From a virus (taxonomy: Duplodnaviria > Caudoviricetes): a DNA stretch of 31,321 nt. Position 1 is the first letter of the stretch. The number at the start of each line of letters is the position of its first letter. A program made the position numbers and the translations under genes. Below the pieces are notes generated by a model that worked only from the letters and a program-made list of their open reading frames with translations, made no database searches and was not told the origin of the DNA. Below, one piece after another: positions 8,815-18,353 of the stretch. The stretch is from positions 1 to 31,321 of IMG/VR virus record IMGVR_UViG_3300027852_000128; one strand, 5' to 3'.

Positions 8815-10304
8815 TGGCGATTGATAACAGCGTTGTAGCGCGTGTTGTTGGTATTGATGTAGAGTTTGCCACGTTTGAACAAGGGAATGTCTTTTTCTTG
8901 CCGCAACGTGCAATAATTGTTGGTCAAGGAAGTGAAACTGTTACTTACGCGACCACACCACTGCAAATTTCAGACGCACAAACAGCAGGTGAAACATATG
9001 GGTTTGGCTCCCCTATTCATCTAGCAGCAAAAGAACTTTACCCGGTCAATGGTGACAGTATTGGTTCAGTCCCTGTGACAGTATATCCTTTGCAAAAAGA
9101 TGGGGCTGCTGTAGTAGCTGCTGGTGATATTACACCAGTTGGTGCACAGACAACAACTGCATCATATCGTGTACGCATTTCAGGCGTTCTTTCAAACGCT
9201 TTCACACTTGCTGCAGGTGATACTGTAGCAGACGCTGTTGCAGCCATTGTGACGGCAATCAATGGCGTTCTTGACATGCCTGTTGTTGCAACAGACAACG
9301 CATCCACAGTGGTTGATTTAACAGCTAAATGGTTGGGTCTTAGTGGTAATGACATCAACATTGCAGTTGAAGGCGTTGAAGAAGGCATTGTGTTTGGTGT
9401 AACCCAACCTGCGGGTGGTCTGGTCAACCCTGATGTTGATGACGCTCTTGCAAACATTGGTTCTGTTTGGGAAACCATGGTTGTAAATTGTTTTGAACCT
9501 ACTGACGCTGCAACACTTAATAAGTATCAAGTGTTTGCTGATCCACGTTGGGGTGATGATGCTAATAATCCAGATGTAACAAAACCGCTTGTTGTAATCA
9601 CAGGTGAACCTGAAGCAGACTTGACAACTGCAGAACTTGTTACTGCAAATCGTACAACAGACCGTGTGAATGTCATTTATGGGGTTCCCGGGTCATCAAA
9701 CTTACCTCTGCAAATTGCAGCGCGTGCTGTTGCGCGTATGGCCCGTGTTGCCAACAACAACCCACCACAAGATTATGCTGGTCAAATTATTAATTTCATT
9801 GAACAGGGTACTGTAAGTGATTTCTTGACATTCCCTGAACGTGATCGTGCTGTAAAAGCTGGCCTTTCCACTGTCGAACTTGAAGACGGTCTGATCAATA
9901 TGTCAGATACTGTCACACCGTTTCGCCCTGATGGTGATCCAACACCAGCTTACCGCTATGTTGTTGACATCGCGAAGTTACAAAACATCATCTACAATGT
10001 ATCTTTGATTTTTCGTGCTGATGAATGGAACGGTGCACCACTGATCCCTGATGATCAACCAACGGTCAACCCAACTGCAAAGAAACCAAAAGACGCTGTT
10101 TCTGCGCTGTCTGTACTGTCAGACAACCTTGGTCTAAATGCTATCATCAGTGATCCTGAATTTTCAAAAGCAAACACGACTGCAGCTATTGACAGTCAAA
10201 ACCCTAAACGTTTAAATGTAATCTATCCTGTCAAATTATCTGGCAACACAAACATTATTGATGTTGGTTTGAAATTTGGCTTCTTCTTTGGAGGTAATGA
10301 CTAA
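8814..10304 (+). CDS. Contractile tail sheath protein (Mu gpL-like)
   Basis: 496 aa; LPQRAIIVGQ, YGFGSPIH, LTAKWLG.SGN, C-terminal NPKRLNV motifs; AGGAG SD. Confidence 0.92.
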   Translation: MAIDNSVVARVVGIDVEFATFEQGNVFFLPQRAIIVGQGSETVTYATTPLQISDAQTAGETYGFGSPIHLAAKELYPVNGDSIGSVPVTVYPLQKDGAAVVAAGDITPVGAQTTTASYRVRISGVLSNAFTLAAGDTVADAVAAIVTAINGVLDMPVVATDNASTVVDLTAKWLGLSGNDINIAVEGVEEGIVFGVTQPAGGLVNPDVDDALANIGSVWETMVVNCFEPTDAATLNKYQVFADPRWGDDANNPDVTKPLVVITGEPEADLTTAELVTANRTTDRVNVIYGVPGSSNLPLQIAARAVARMARVANNNPPQDYAGQIINFIEQGTVSDFLTFPERDRAVKAGLSTVELEDGLINMSDTVTPFRPDGDPTPAYRYVVDIAKLQNIIYNVSLIFRADEWNGAPLIPDDQPTVNPTAKKPKDAVSALSVLSDNLGLNAIISDPEFSKANTTAAIDSQNPKRLNVIYPVKLSGNTNIIDVGLKFGFFFGGND

Positions 10305-10681
10305 TGGCTGGTGGATCAATCGAAAGTGTCAACATCAATTCACGTTATTTTTCAGCAACAGCTGATTCTGATGTTACACGTAAGCTAGGTGGTTTTGAAA
10401 ACGAAGTTCAACCAAATGGCGATGGTACAGGTCGCAAAATTCAGACCCGTGTTCCTTGGTCACTGGCTGGTGTTGTTCTTAGCTGTGAAGACAGTCGTGG
10501 TGATCACGAATTTTTACAATCTATTGCAGATGCACCGGGGTATGTTCCCATATCTATCACAACAGTGGAAGGTAATGTGTATCAAGGTGAAGGTACTGTG
10601 TCAGGTGAACTTGGTGAATCAAGTCAAGCATCGTCACTATCCCTTGACCTCATGGGTACTGGAAAGTTGACTAAACAATGA
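10304..10681 (+). CDS. Tail tube protein (Mu gpM-like)
   Basis: 125 aa directly after the sheath, beta-rich, GGAGG SD, TAATG overlap. Confidence 0.85.
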   Translation: MAGGSIESVNINSRYFSATADSDVTRKLGGFENEVQPNGDGTGRKIQTRVPWSLAGVVLSCEDSRGDHEFLQSIADAPGYVPISITTVEGNVYQGEGTVSGELGESSQASSLSLDLMGTGKLTKQ

Positions 10682-11040
10682 CCAAAGTAAACATAGAGTT
10701 GGCAACGAAAGAACTTAATTCTGTTCTTTCAGATTGGGCTGATGGTTCAGAACTTCCATTTGATGACGATGCATTCAAAAAAATATACAATGCTATTTTG
10801 GGAAAAATTCAATCAGGCAATGTGACAATTGACACTGAAAAGAACACAATCAATTTGAAAGATTATGTTTTCAAAGTTCCTTTGGGTGATGCATTGTTGA
10901 CCATGGGCAATCAAGATGTTGCAGGGCTTATGAATACTGCTGCAATAATGGTAGGTAAAGAACCGGGCCATTTTGCCACAGTTGACGCACGTATTACTAA
11001 AACTGCTGTAATGGTTACTTCACTTTTTATGCAAGTGTAA
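10678..11040 (+). CDS. Tail assembly chaperone (G-like)
   Basis: 120 aa between tube and tape measure; ends with a T-run (CTT TTT) four codons before the stop. Confidence 0.8.
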   Translation: MTKVNIELATKELNSVLSDWADGSELPFDDDAFKKIYNAILGKIQSGNVTIDTEKNTINLKDYVFKVPLGDALLTMGNQDVAGLMNTAAIMVGKEPGHFATVDARITKTAVMVTSLFMQV

Positions 11041-11231
11041 CTGCACACTTAGTCATAAAGGGAGTTGTTACACCTTGTCGTGGTCCTGAATATGTACGTA
11101 TTATGATGCTGCAAGTCATTCGTGAATATTCAGGACTTCCAGACTATAGAACAATGACATTGCAAGAATTTCGAATGTTCTATCTAGGTCTTAAAGATGA
11201 ATTGATCAAATACGGTAAAACAGGTGAATAA
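11028..11231 (+). CDS. -1 frameshift extension of the tail chaperone (T-like; G-T fusion about 184 aa)
   Basis: -1 frame open from 11001 to TAA 11229-11231: YASVTAHLVIKGVVTPCRGPEYVRIMMLQVIREYSGLPDYRTMTLQEFRMFYLGLKDELIKYGKTGE; ends 2 nt before the tape measure ATG. Confidence 0.75.
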   Translation, partial: YASVTAHLVIKGVVTPCRGPEYVRIMMLQVIREYSGLPDYRTMTLQEFRMFYLGLKDELIKYGKTGE

Positions 11232-11233
11232 AA

Positions 11234-13072
11234 ATGGCGTTCGCAATTGCAACAAAATTCACAGCTATTGATTTAATATCTGGTCCTATTGCCAAAATTC
11301 AAAAAAGATTTAACACCAATATCAAAGCCATGTCACGTGGTGCAGATCGTTTTAACCGTGGTTTAAATAAACTAGGGGGTGGCGCTGCATCCGCGCTTGG
11401 CGCTGCTGGTGTTGCAGGTGGTATTGCTGGTGTTACTCTTGCTATGCGTTCGGCAATAACAACAGGTATTGAGTTTGAACAAACTATTGTGAATGCTGCT
11501 GCTAAATTTGGTGGAACCGCAGACCGTGGAACAGTAGCATTTAACAATCTGCAGACTGCAGCAGAACAAGCTGGCAGAACAACAGTATTTACAGCCACTG
11601 AAGCAGCCCAAGGTTTGAACTTTCTTGCCATGGCGGGCTTTAATGTTGAACAATCAATTGCAGCGTTGCCCGGTGTCATTAACTTAGCCATATCAACACA
11701 AACTGATTTGGCAACTGCAACTGATATTGCAAGTGATGCACTTGGTGCATTTGGTTTGGCGTCTGACGATGCTGAACAAAATGCTGCTGGATTGACCAAG
11801 GTTCTTGATGTCATGGCGACCACAACCACCACAGCCAATACTGACATGGAACGTATGTTCACCACAATTAAAGTTGCTGCACCAACGTTTACTGCTGCTG
11901 GTCAATCAATTGAAACATTCTCAGCATTGACAGGAATTCTTGCAAACAGTGGTATCAAAGGATCACGTGCAGGTACTGCCTTGCGTGCATCTGTCGTTCG
12001 ATTGCAGAAAGTAACCCCTGAAGCTGCAAAATGGATGAATAAACTAGGTGTGTCTATCGCCGATGGTGACGGTAACATGCGTGACATGTTTGACATTCTT
12101 GGTGATCTTGAAGCAGGGATGAAAGGGATGGGTGAAGTGCAAAAAGGTACAGCCCTTGCAACCATCTTTGGTACTGAAGCAGTCAGTGCATTAAATGTCA
12201 TTATGGCTGAAGGTAATGATGGTTTGCGTAAGTATCGTGACCATCTGACACAGGTTGAAGGTGCAAATGCTAAAATGGCTAAGACAATGGGTGACACAAC
12301 AGGTGGTGCACTTAAAACCATGTTTTCAGCTATCGAAGGTCTGCAGTTGAAATTGTTTGATTTAAACAAGGGTCCAATTCGTGACACAATTGAAAGCTTC
12401 ACAGTATTTACCAACAGCATAACAACAGCCATTGAAGCAAATGAAAACTTTGCTGTTGCGCTATCAGGTGAATTTTTCACTGCAGTTAAAGCAGGTGGTC
12501 AATTGATTGTTGGACTAACAGCAACATTAGTTGGTGTAAAGGTTGCAGTATTTGCATTTCAAGCTGGTCTTGTTGTTGCACGTGGTGTCATGCTTGCATG
12601 GGCTGCTGCTACAAAAATACTTGTTGCTGCACAGTGGCTTTTGAATGTTGCACTGACTGCTAATCCAATTGGTCTAATCGTTGTAGGTGTGACTGCATTG
12701 ATTGGCCTTGGTACTGCACTGATCCTTGCATGGGGTCCAGTGACAGATTTTTTTGACAGTTTGTTTGGTGGCATTGTAGATTGGTTAGATTTCATAATCA
12801 GTCCTATCAGTCAGTTAATTGATTCATTTGGCATAATAGGTAGGTTAGTGGGTGGTGTTATAGATGGTAATACCCCATCACAAGAGGCGTCAGAACGCGC
12901 TGGTCCATCTGCAGCTATAGTTTCCCCACAAGCACGCCAAGCAGCGGCTATAAGCGAAACTGTGAACACTAATCGTACTGAAGTGACTGTTTCTGCAGCA
13001 CAAGGTACAACAGCAACACAGACCGGACCAAAAACACCCGGTGTGACTGTAGCAAATTCAGGTGGTAGATAA
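11234..13072 (+). CDS. Tail tape measure protein, TP901 core family
   Basis: Ala/Gly-rich; TVFTATEAAQGLNFLAMAG, GIKGSRAGTALR, ANPIGLIV motifs; hydrophobic C-terminal segments. Confidence 0.95.
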   Translation: MAFAIATKFTAIDLISGPIAKIQKRFNTNIKAMSRGADRFNRGLNKLGGGAASALGAAGVAGGIAGVTLAMRSAITTGIEFEQTIVNAAAKFGGTADRGTVAFNNLQTAAEQAGRTTVFTATEAAQGLNFLAMAGFNVEQSIAALPGVINLAISTQTDLATATDIASDALGAFGLASDDAEQNAAGLTKVLDVMATTTTTANTDMERMFTTIKVAAPTFTAAGQSIETFSALTGILANSGIKGSRAGTALRASVVRLQKVTPEAAKWMNKLGVSIADGDGNMRDMFDILGDLEAGMKGMGEVQKGTALATIFGTEAVSALNVIMAEGNDGLRKYRDHLTQVEGANAKMAKTMGDTTGGALKTMFSAIEGLQLKLFDLNKGPIRDTIESFTVFTNSITTAIEANENFAVALSGEFFTAVKAGGQLIVGLTATLVGVKVAVFAFQAGLVVARGVMLAWAAATKILVAAQWLLNVALTANPIGLIVVGVTALIGLGTALILAWGPVTDFFDSLFGGIVDWLDFIISPISQLIDSFGIIGRLVGGVIDGNTPSQEASERAGPSAAIVSPQARQAAAISETVNTNRTEVTVSAAQGTTATQTGPKTPGVTVANSGGR

Positions 13073-14281
13073 ATGGCATGGACTGAAAGAATTCGTGATG
13101 CAGATTACACATCAGCTTCAGGAACGGTTACAAAATTTGATTATGAAGTAATCAATAACACACCCGTTAAGAAAACTTCCTTTTATACTTTCGGGAATAC
13201 ACCGGGTGCGTTTGGTCAAAACTTTGGTCTAGGTGCACGTACATTTGCAATACGCGCCTATATCACAGGTGCTGATTATGATACTACTGCAGATGCTTTT
13301 TCAACAAGTCTTGAAGAAGCTGGTACAGGTTTTTTTACACACCCGTTACAAGGTAGAAAAACTGTAATCGCTACAACAATTTCTCGCCGTGATGATCTTG
13401 TAAAAGAAGCTGGACAGGCTGTTTTTGATTTAACGCTTGTTGAAACACTTACAAGTTTATTTCCATCACCTTCAGCATCACAGGGTGATTTGGTAAGGTC
13501 TTCTATAAATTCTTATGACACTGAAGCACCAATCAACTTCAACGATACTATCACGCTTGAAACAAGTAGTGAAACGGCAAATTTTGAAACCAAGTTCGAT
13601 AACTCATTAAATGCTACTTTTGAACTTCTATCACGCACAATGTCAAGTGATACATTAAGAGATTTTGAAAGTTCTATAAACGGTATCAAGAATGGTCTAG
13701 GTGCGTTGACAGACGCTGGTGAAATGGTTGAACTTGCGTCACAAACAATTGCTTCAATCAGGTTTGCCACTGACTTAAATGATTTGTCAGATTTGACATC
13801 TTCATTGCTACAACCTACTACACCAACAGTTGACAATGAAGATGTCAACAACAAGTCTATTGATAAACTTTTTTCATTTTCGTCTGTCATCACAATGGCT
13901 AATTCAACACTAGATACTGATTTCAAAAACAGGGGTGAAGCAATTGATGCAGCTGTGTTCTTGGAAGGTCAACAATCATCAGTGACAGACTGGAATTTTG
14001 AACAAAATGCATCAGTAAACGCTGTGAATGCTGATAACTCATACTCGCCCTTTTTCAATACTGTAACACGTGAATCAGGGCGCTTAGTTGCTGATACTTT
14101 TGATTTACCCATTGAACAGTTTATAGTATTAGATAAGGCGCGTTCTGTAATTGATTTATCAAGTGAATTGTACGATTCATCAGACATATCATTTGTTAAC
14201 AACATAGTGTATGAGAACAATCTAATTGGTGACGAAGTTATTTCTGTACCTGCTGGCAAAACTATAAGGTTCTACAGATGA
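13073..14281 (+). CDS. Mu gpN-like tail/DNA circularization protein
   Basis: N-terminus MAWTERIRDADY, G.G.F.HP..G motif, C-terminal LysM-like end (N.L....VPAGKTIRFY); follows the tape measure. Confidence 0.8.
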   Translation: MAWTERIRDADYTSASGTVTKFDYEVINNTPVKKTSFYTFGNTPGAFGQNFGLGARTFAIRAYITGADYDTTADAFSTSLEEAGTGFFTHPLQGRKTVIATTISRRDDLVKEAGQAVFDLTLVETLTSLFPSPSASQGDLVRSSINSYDTEAPINFNDTITLETSSETANFETKFDNSLNATFELLSRTMSSDTLRDFESSINGIKNGLGALTDAGEMVELASQTIASIRFATDLNDLSDLTSSLLQPTTPTVDNEDVNNKSIDKLFSFSSVITMANSTLDTDFKNRGEAIDAAVFLEGQQSSVTDWNFEQNASVNAVNADNSYSPFFNTVTRESGRLVADTFDLPIEQFIVLDKARSVIDLSSELYDSSDISFVNNIVYENNLIGDEVISVPAGKTIRFYR

Positions 14282-15294
14282 CTGATGTGGTATTGAATTT
14301 CAATAACATCAATTTTGGTAGTTGGGAAACTATGACAATTGATCGTCAAATTGATGCTGTTGATGTATTTAATTTCACCACACCTTTCATGTGGGAGGAC
14401 CAGCAATTTCAAAACAATTTTAAACCTTTTCAATATCAGAATGTGAATGTTATTGCAGATGGTGCAAGGTTGTTTACAGGGACTGCTATCACAATCCTAC
14501 CTGATGACGGTGTTGATGCTGTCACCATTAGTGTGAGCGGTTATGCAAAGGCAGGTGTCATTGGCGATTGTCAGGCACCACCAATAAACTACCCGATAGA
14601 GTTTCAAGGGTTAACACTTAGACAAATAGCACAACAGCTGACAGGCTATTTTGGATTGACTGCAGTTTTTACAAATTCAGATGGTTATGCTTTTGATCAA
14701 GTAGCACTTAAAACAAATCAGAATATTTTCGATTTCTTAACCAGTTTGGCAAAAGAACGTGGTCTAGTTATTTCATCTAATGAAGATGGAAATCTACTAT
14801 TTCAAAAAACGTCTTCCAACTATGTGGGTGACATAACAACTGCTGTCACTAGTGCAAAACCTTTACAGTTGAACGGTCAGGGAATCTTCTCAGACTATAC
14901 AGCAATGGGTGCCACAATACCGGGTCTTGGTGCAGACAGTTTCACAGTGAAAGACAATCGTATAAATGTTGTCAGACCTTTTGTATTCAACACAGATGGT
15001 GCAGCTGATGCTGATACTGCTGGTGACGCACAGGCGAAAGCTGGCAGGGCATACGGTGAAGCAATTGCATATTCTGTCAACATCCCATCTTGGCAAGACC
15101 CCAATGGTAACATATGGAAAGCAAACACCTTATGTGATTATCAAAACCCTAAGATTTTCATCAATCGCAAGACAAGATTTTTAATCAAACATATCTCATT
15201 AGAGAAAACACCAGACAGCGAAACAGTCAATTTGACCTTGGTCTTACCAGATAGTTTTGACGGGAAAATACCAACGGTGCTGCCATGGGAATGA
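14278..15294 (+). CDS. Baseplate hub protein (Mu gp44/gpP-like)
   Basis: FGSWETMTIDRQID, FDFL..LA..RGL.I.S..DG.L, W..N motifs; ATGA overlap. Confidence 0.85.
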   Translation: MTDVVLNFNNINFGSWETMTIDRQIDAVDVFNFTTPFMWEDQQFQNNFKPFQYQNVNVIADGARLFTGTAITILPDDGVDAVTISVSGYAKAGVIGDCQAPPINYPIEFQGLTLRQIAQQLTGYFGLTAVFTNSDGYAFDQVALKTNQNIFDFLTSLAKERGLVISSNEDGNLLFQKTSSNYVGDITTAVTSAKPLQLNGQGIFSDYTAMGATIPGLGADSFTVKDNRINVVRPFVFNTDGAADADTAGDAQAKAGRAYGEAIAYSVNIPSWQDPNGNIWKANTLCDYQNPKIFINRKTRFLIKHISLEKTPDSETVNLTLVLPDSFDGKIPTVLPWE

Positions 15295-15956
15295 TGGGCA
15301 TATTTGAATCTTTCAGAATTCTAGTTGATGGTGGTTTCAGCTGGCCTGTGGTCAAGTTTGAGAACAGAAAAAATGATATTATAGAAGGTGAATATTTTCA
15401 ATCATCTGGTGAAGATAGTCCACCATTGCAGGGTGATACCTTATTTCATGAAGAAACACAGCGTCAGGGTGGTAGAAGTGTCACAGGGGTGATTGACACC
15501 AATCCAGCCAATAAGAGCGCCGCAAGTGGTGAAGTAAGGCGTTATGCACGTGGTTCAGGTGGTGGTATTGTAGCAACATTTCATTTGAAGAATAATGGTA
15601 CCATCACATTGTTCAATGAGAATGGAACAGTCACAATTGCACCTGATGGAACCATCACCAACACGAATGCGGGTGGTAATACAATCTTGTCAACAACAGG
15701 TGTGTTCACGGTGAATGCTGACTTGGTTGTCAACGGCAATACAACAACAAACGGCAACACCATAACCACAGGGTTCACACAGTCTGCTACATATGCTGGT
15801 GCTGGCGGTGGTGGTGCTTCAATGACTGCTGACATTGACATGAACAACAACAATATCACAAATGCTGCTGAAGTTGAAATAAACGGAATTAATCATTCAA
15901 CACACGAACATGACGGTGTTACAGCGGGTGGTGATAATTCGGGTGGACCCGTATAA
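15291..15956 (+). CDS. Baseplate central spike (Mu gp45/P2 gpV-like)
   Basis: GEVRRY motif, beta-helix repeats, C-terminal HxH apex (THEHDGV...GGP); ATG 15291 overlaps the hub stop (alternative start 15285). Confidence 0.85.
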   Translation: MMGIFESFRILVDGGFSWPVVKFENRKNDIIEGEYFQSSGEDSPPLQGDTLFHEETQRQGGRSVTGVIDTNPANKSAASGEVRRYARGSGGGIVATFHLKNNGTITLFNENGTVTIAPDGTITNTNAGGNTILSTTGVFTVNADLVVNGNTTTNGNTITTGFTQSATYAGAGGGGASMTADIDMNNNNITNAAEVEINGINHSTHEHDGVTAGGDNSGGPV

Positions 15957-15977
15957 TTAAATTTGATAGGTTGCAAT

Positions 15978-16385
15978 ATGACTGATGTACTTTTAATGAA
16001 TACAGTGGACGGTGGTGAAATATCTATATTAGATGGTTTCCTAACAGTTACTGATGGTTTTGGTACAGCGGTCTATGAATCCTTATTTGGTGGGTTGTCA
16101 TGGTTCGCAAATGCATTGATTGAAGACGAAGATGGAAGGATTGAAAGTGACTTTGAAGAAGTTGTTGAACAAACACCACCATCCACAAAAGGACTGTTGA
16201 CAATAGAAGATTCAGCAAATCGTAATCTTGCATGGCTGGTCAAAATCAATGCAGCATCTTCAGCAACTGCAATAGTATCATTACCTGAAAACAATTTGCT
16301 AGTCGTCGAAGTGACTATAATTCAAATTGACGGCACAGAAAGCAAATACATTTTGAATTGGAAAAATCCTTTTGTCGTCACCTAA
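15978..16385 (+). CDS. Baseplate wedge protein (Mu gp46-like)
   Basis: TAVYESLFGG, W, A.RNLAWLV motifs; AGGT SD before ATG 15978. Confidence 0.8.
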   Translation: MTDVLLMNTVDGGEISILDGFLTVTDGFGTAVYESLFGGLSWFANALIEDEDGRIESDFEEVVEQTPPSTKGLLTIEDSANRNLAWLVKINAASSATAIVSLPENNLLVVEVTIIQIDGTESKYILNWKNPFVVT

Positions 16386-17559
16386 TCAACCAACAACCAA
16401 CCAGATAGCTGAAGCACTTCTATCAGCTTTTTCTGTAGAATTTCAACAAACAGCAAGCCTGTTACCAAAATCGTTTTTACGTGTGGTGTCATATTCTGTT
16501 GCTGGTGTTTTTCAAATCTTGTGGCAGTATTTAGGGTGGGATTTTCTTCAAATCTTTGTTGCCACTGCTTCATTTGGTAACACAACAATCAATGGTGTTT
16601 CTGTCAATCCTCTTGTCATGTGGGGCGAATTGATTGGTGTTGGTCCACCTGCAGACGCTACGCAAGCGCAAGCTGACATCACAGTGACTGTTAGTCTACA
16701 AGGTGGTAGTTTGAACGCTGGTAGTCAATTAATACGCACATCAACAGGTGTTATATATTCTGTTCAATCTTCAATACTATTAAACGCACCAACTGTGACT
16801 GCTAGTATCAAAGCGGTAGGTGATCAAGATGGTGGTGATGGTTCTGGTTCAATAGGTGATTTGACAATAGGTGACACACTTGATTTTGTAAGTCCATTTG
16901 CAGGTGTTGACAGAACCACCGTTGTACTGTTGGACACTGTAAATGGTGAAGACGCACAAACAGAAGAAGACTATAGACAGACCGTTGTCAATCGTTTCAA
17001 GCGCCGTCCACAAGGTGGGGCTGCTGCTGACTATATTATTTGGTCAGAAGCAGTACCGGGAATTGTTGACGTGTTTCCATATGTCGGTGCACCGGGTGAA
17101 GTGGATGTTTACGTGTTATCAACCAACCCACCAGACGGAATACCAACTGCAGGTGAATTGTTAGCTGTACAGGAAGCGATTGAACAAATTGTAAATGGTA
17201 TTTCATTTGGTAGACCTGTGACGGCCTTGGTCAATGTGTTACCAATCACAAGGACCGGATTTGATGTTGAAGTAACTGGTCTGACGGGAGTTCCAGACTT
17301 GCCACAAACACAAGCAGATATTTTAAATGCATTGAATGTTTATTTTCTTGATCGTGCACCCTTTGTTGATGGTGGCACAATCCCACCTAAGAAAGACATC
17401 ATAGCACAAACTGCAATTGGGGGCATTATCGAAGACGTTGTGACAGCTGCAGGGGGCGTGTTCACAAGCGTTGAAGTTCTTGAAAGCGCTGTACCGTTTC
17501 AGTTGCGTACACTAGGGACAGGTGAGACTGCTAAATTGTCTTCACTTGTGTTCATATAA
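16372..17559 (+). CDS. Baseplate J-like wedge protein (Mu gp47-like)
   Basis: G.D.QTEEDYR, PQGGAAADYIIW..AVPG, G.VDVY, RPVTA motifs; probable TTG start. Confidence 0.9.
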   Translation: MSSPNQPTTNQIAEALLSAFSVEFQQTASLLPKSFLRVVSYSVAGVFQILWQYLGWDFLQIFVATASFGNTTINGVSVNPLVMWGELIGVGPPADATQAQADITVTVSLQGGSLNAGSQLIRTSTGVIYSVQSSILLNAPTVTASIKAVGDQDGGDGSGSIGDLTIGDTLDFVSPFAGVDRTTVVLLDTVNGEDAQTEEDYRQTVVNRFKRRPQGGAAADYIIWSEAVPGIVDVFPYVGAPGEVDVYVLSTNPPDGIPTAGELLAVQEAIEQIVNGISFGRPVTALVNVLPITRTGFDVEVTGLTGVPDLPQTQADILNALNVYFLDRAPFVDGGTIPPKKDIIAQTAIGGIIEDVVTAAGGVFTSVEVLESAVPFQLRTLGTGETAKLSSLVFI

Positions 17560-18347
17560 TGCGGGGGGTTGGATGGTTCAACGGTCTACTGCCTAGCGGT
17601 AGTGCGTACAAGCTTCAAGCGGGTTCAAACATTCGCAAGTTCTTTTCAGGTCTTGGTTCTGCTGCTGATGACATTGAAGAAGAAGCAGGAAACGTGTTCT
17701 TTGACATATTTCCTGAAACTACGAGGTGTCTGGATGATTGGGATGAACAGTTTGCAATATCTGGACCTACTGCAACAGAACAAGACCAACGTGACCGCCT
17801 GTTGTCTGCATGGCGTGAAACAGGTGGACAATCACCCGGGTATATCCAAAACGTTTTACAAGAAGCAGGATTTGACGTTTATGTACATGAATCTGCAGAA
17901 TTTTTCACAAGTCAGACTGCACAGGTTGGACAGATGGGGAAAATATGCAGCGAAACAGCGTGCAAACTTGGGTCATTGGGTGTTGTCGGTGGCGGGTGGT
18001 CAGTTGGTGCAGTATTTGATAAAATCAGAACCATTCGTGACCCGCGTCCTTTCATTGGTGGGTATCTTGACAGTGTGTTTGGTCTTGATGATTTTGGTAA
18101 TCCTATCAATGTGGGTGGTGTCAATGTAGGTAGACGCGGTGGTTTTTTGCTGGTAAATAGTTTAATAGACACTGTGCCTTCTGAACTAGATGATCCTGAC
18201 ACATGGCCTTATGTGTGGTATATAGGAGCTGAAATATTTGGTGACTTTGCCGATGTCAGCAATGAACGCAAAGATGAATTTATAAGCAAGATACAAAAAA
18301 TTAGACCCAGACACACTTGGATAGTTCTATTCACAAACTTTGGATGA
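17559..18347 (+). CDS. Baseplate protein (Mu gp48/YmfQ-like)
   Basis: LLPSGSAY, LDDWDEQF, GGQSPGYIQ..L...GF, KIRPRHT motifs; TAATG overlap. Confidence 0.85.
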   Translation: MRGVGWFNGLLPSGSAYKLQAGSNIRKFFSGLGSAADDIEEEAGNVFFDIFPETTRCLDDWDEQFAISGPTATEQDQRDRLLSAWRETGGQSPGYIQNVLQEAGFDVYVHESAEFFTSQTAQVGQMGKICSETACKLGSLGVVGGGWSVGAVFDKIRTIRDPRPFIGGYLDSVFGLDDFGNPINVGGVNVGRRGGFLLVNSLIDTVPSELDDPDTWPYVWYIGAEIFGDFADVSNERKDEFISKIQKIRPRHTWIVLFTNFG

Positions 18348-18353
18348 TATAAA

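Noticed and set aside
11299-12795. Long minus-strand ORFs (188, 192, 78 aa) opposite the tape measure gene
   Set aside because: Antisense mirrors of Ala/Gly-rich coding sequence; no independent signals
15940-15957. CGGG-TGGA-CCCG mini-hairpin and TATAAT at the end of the spike gene
   Set aside because: Stem only 4 bp with no U-tract, and no usable -35 element
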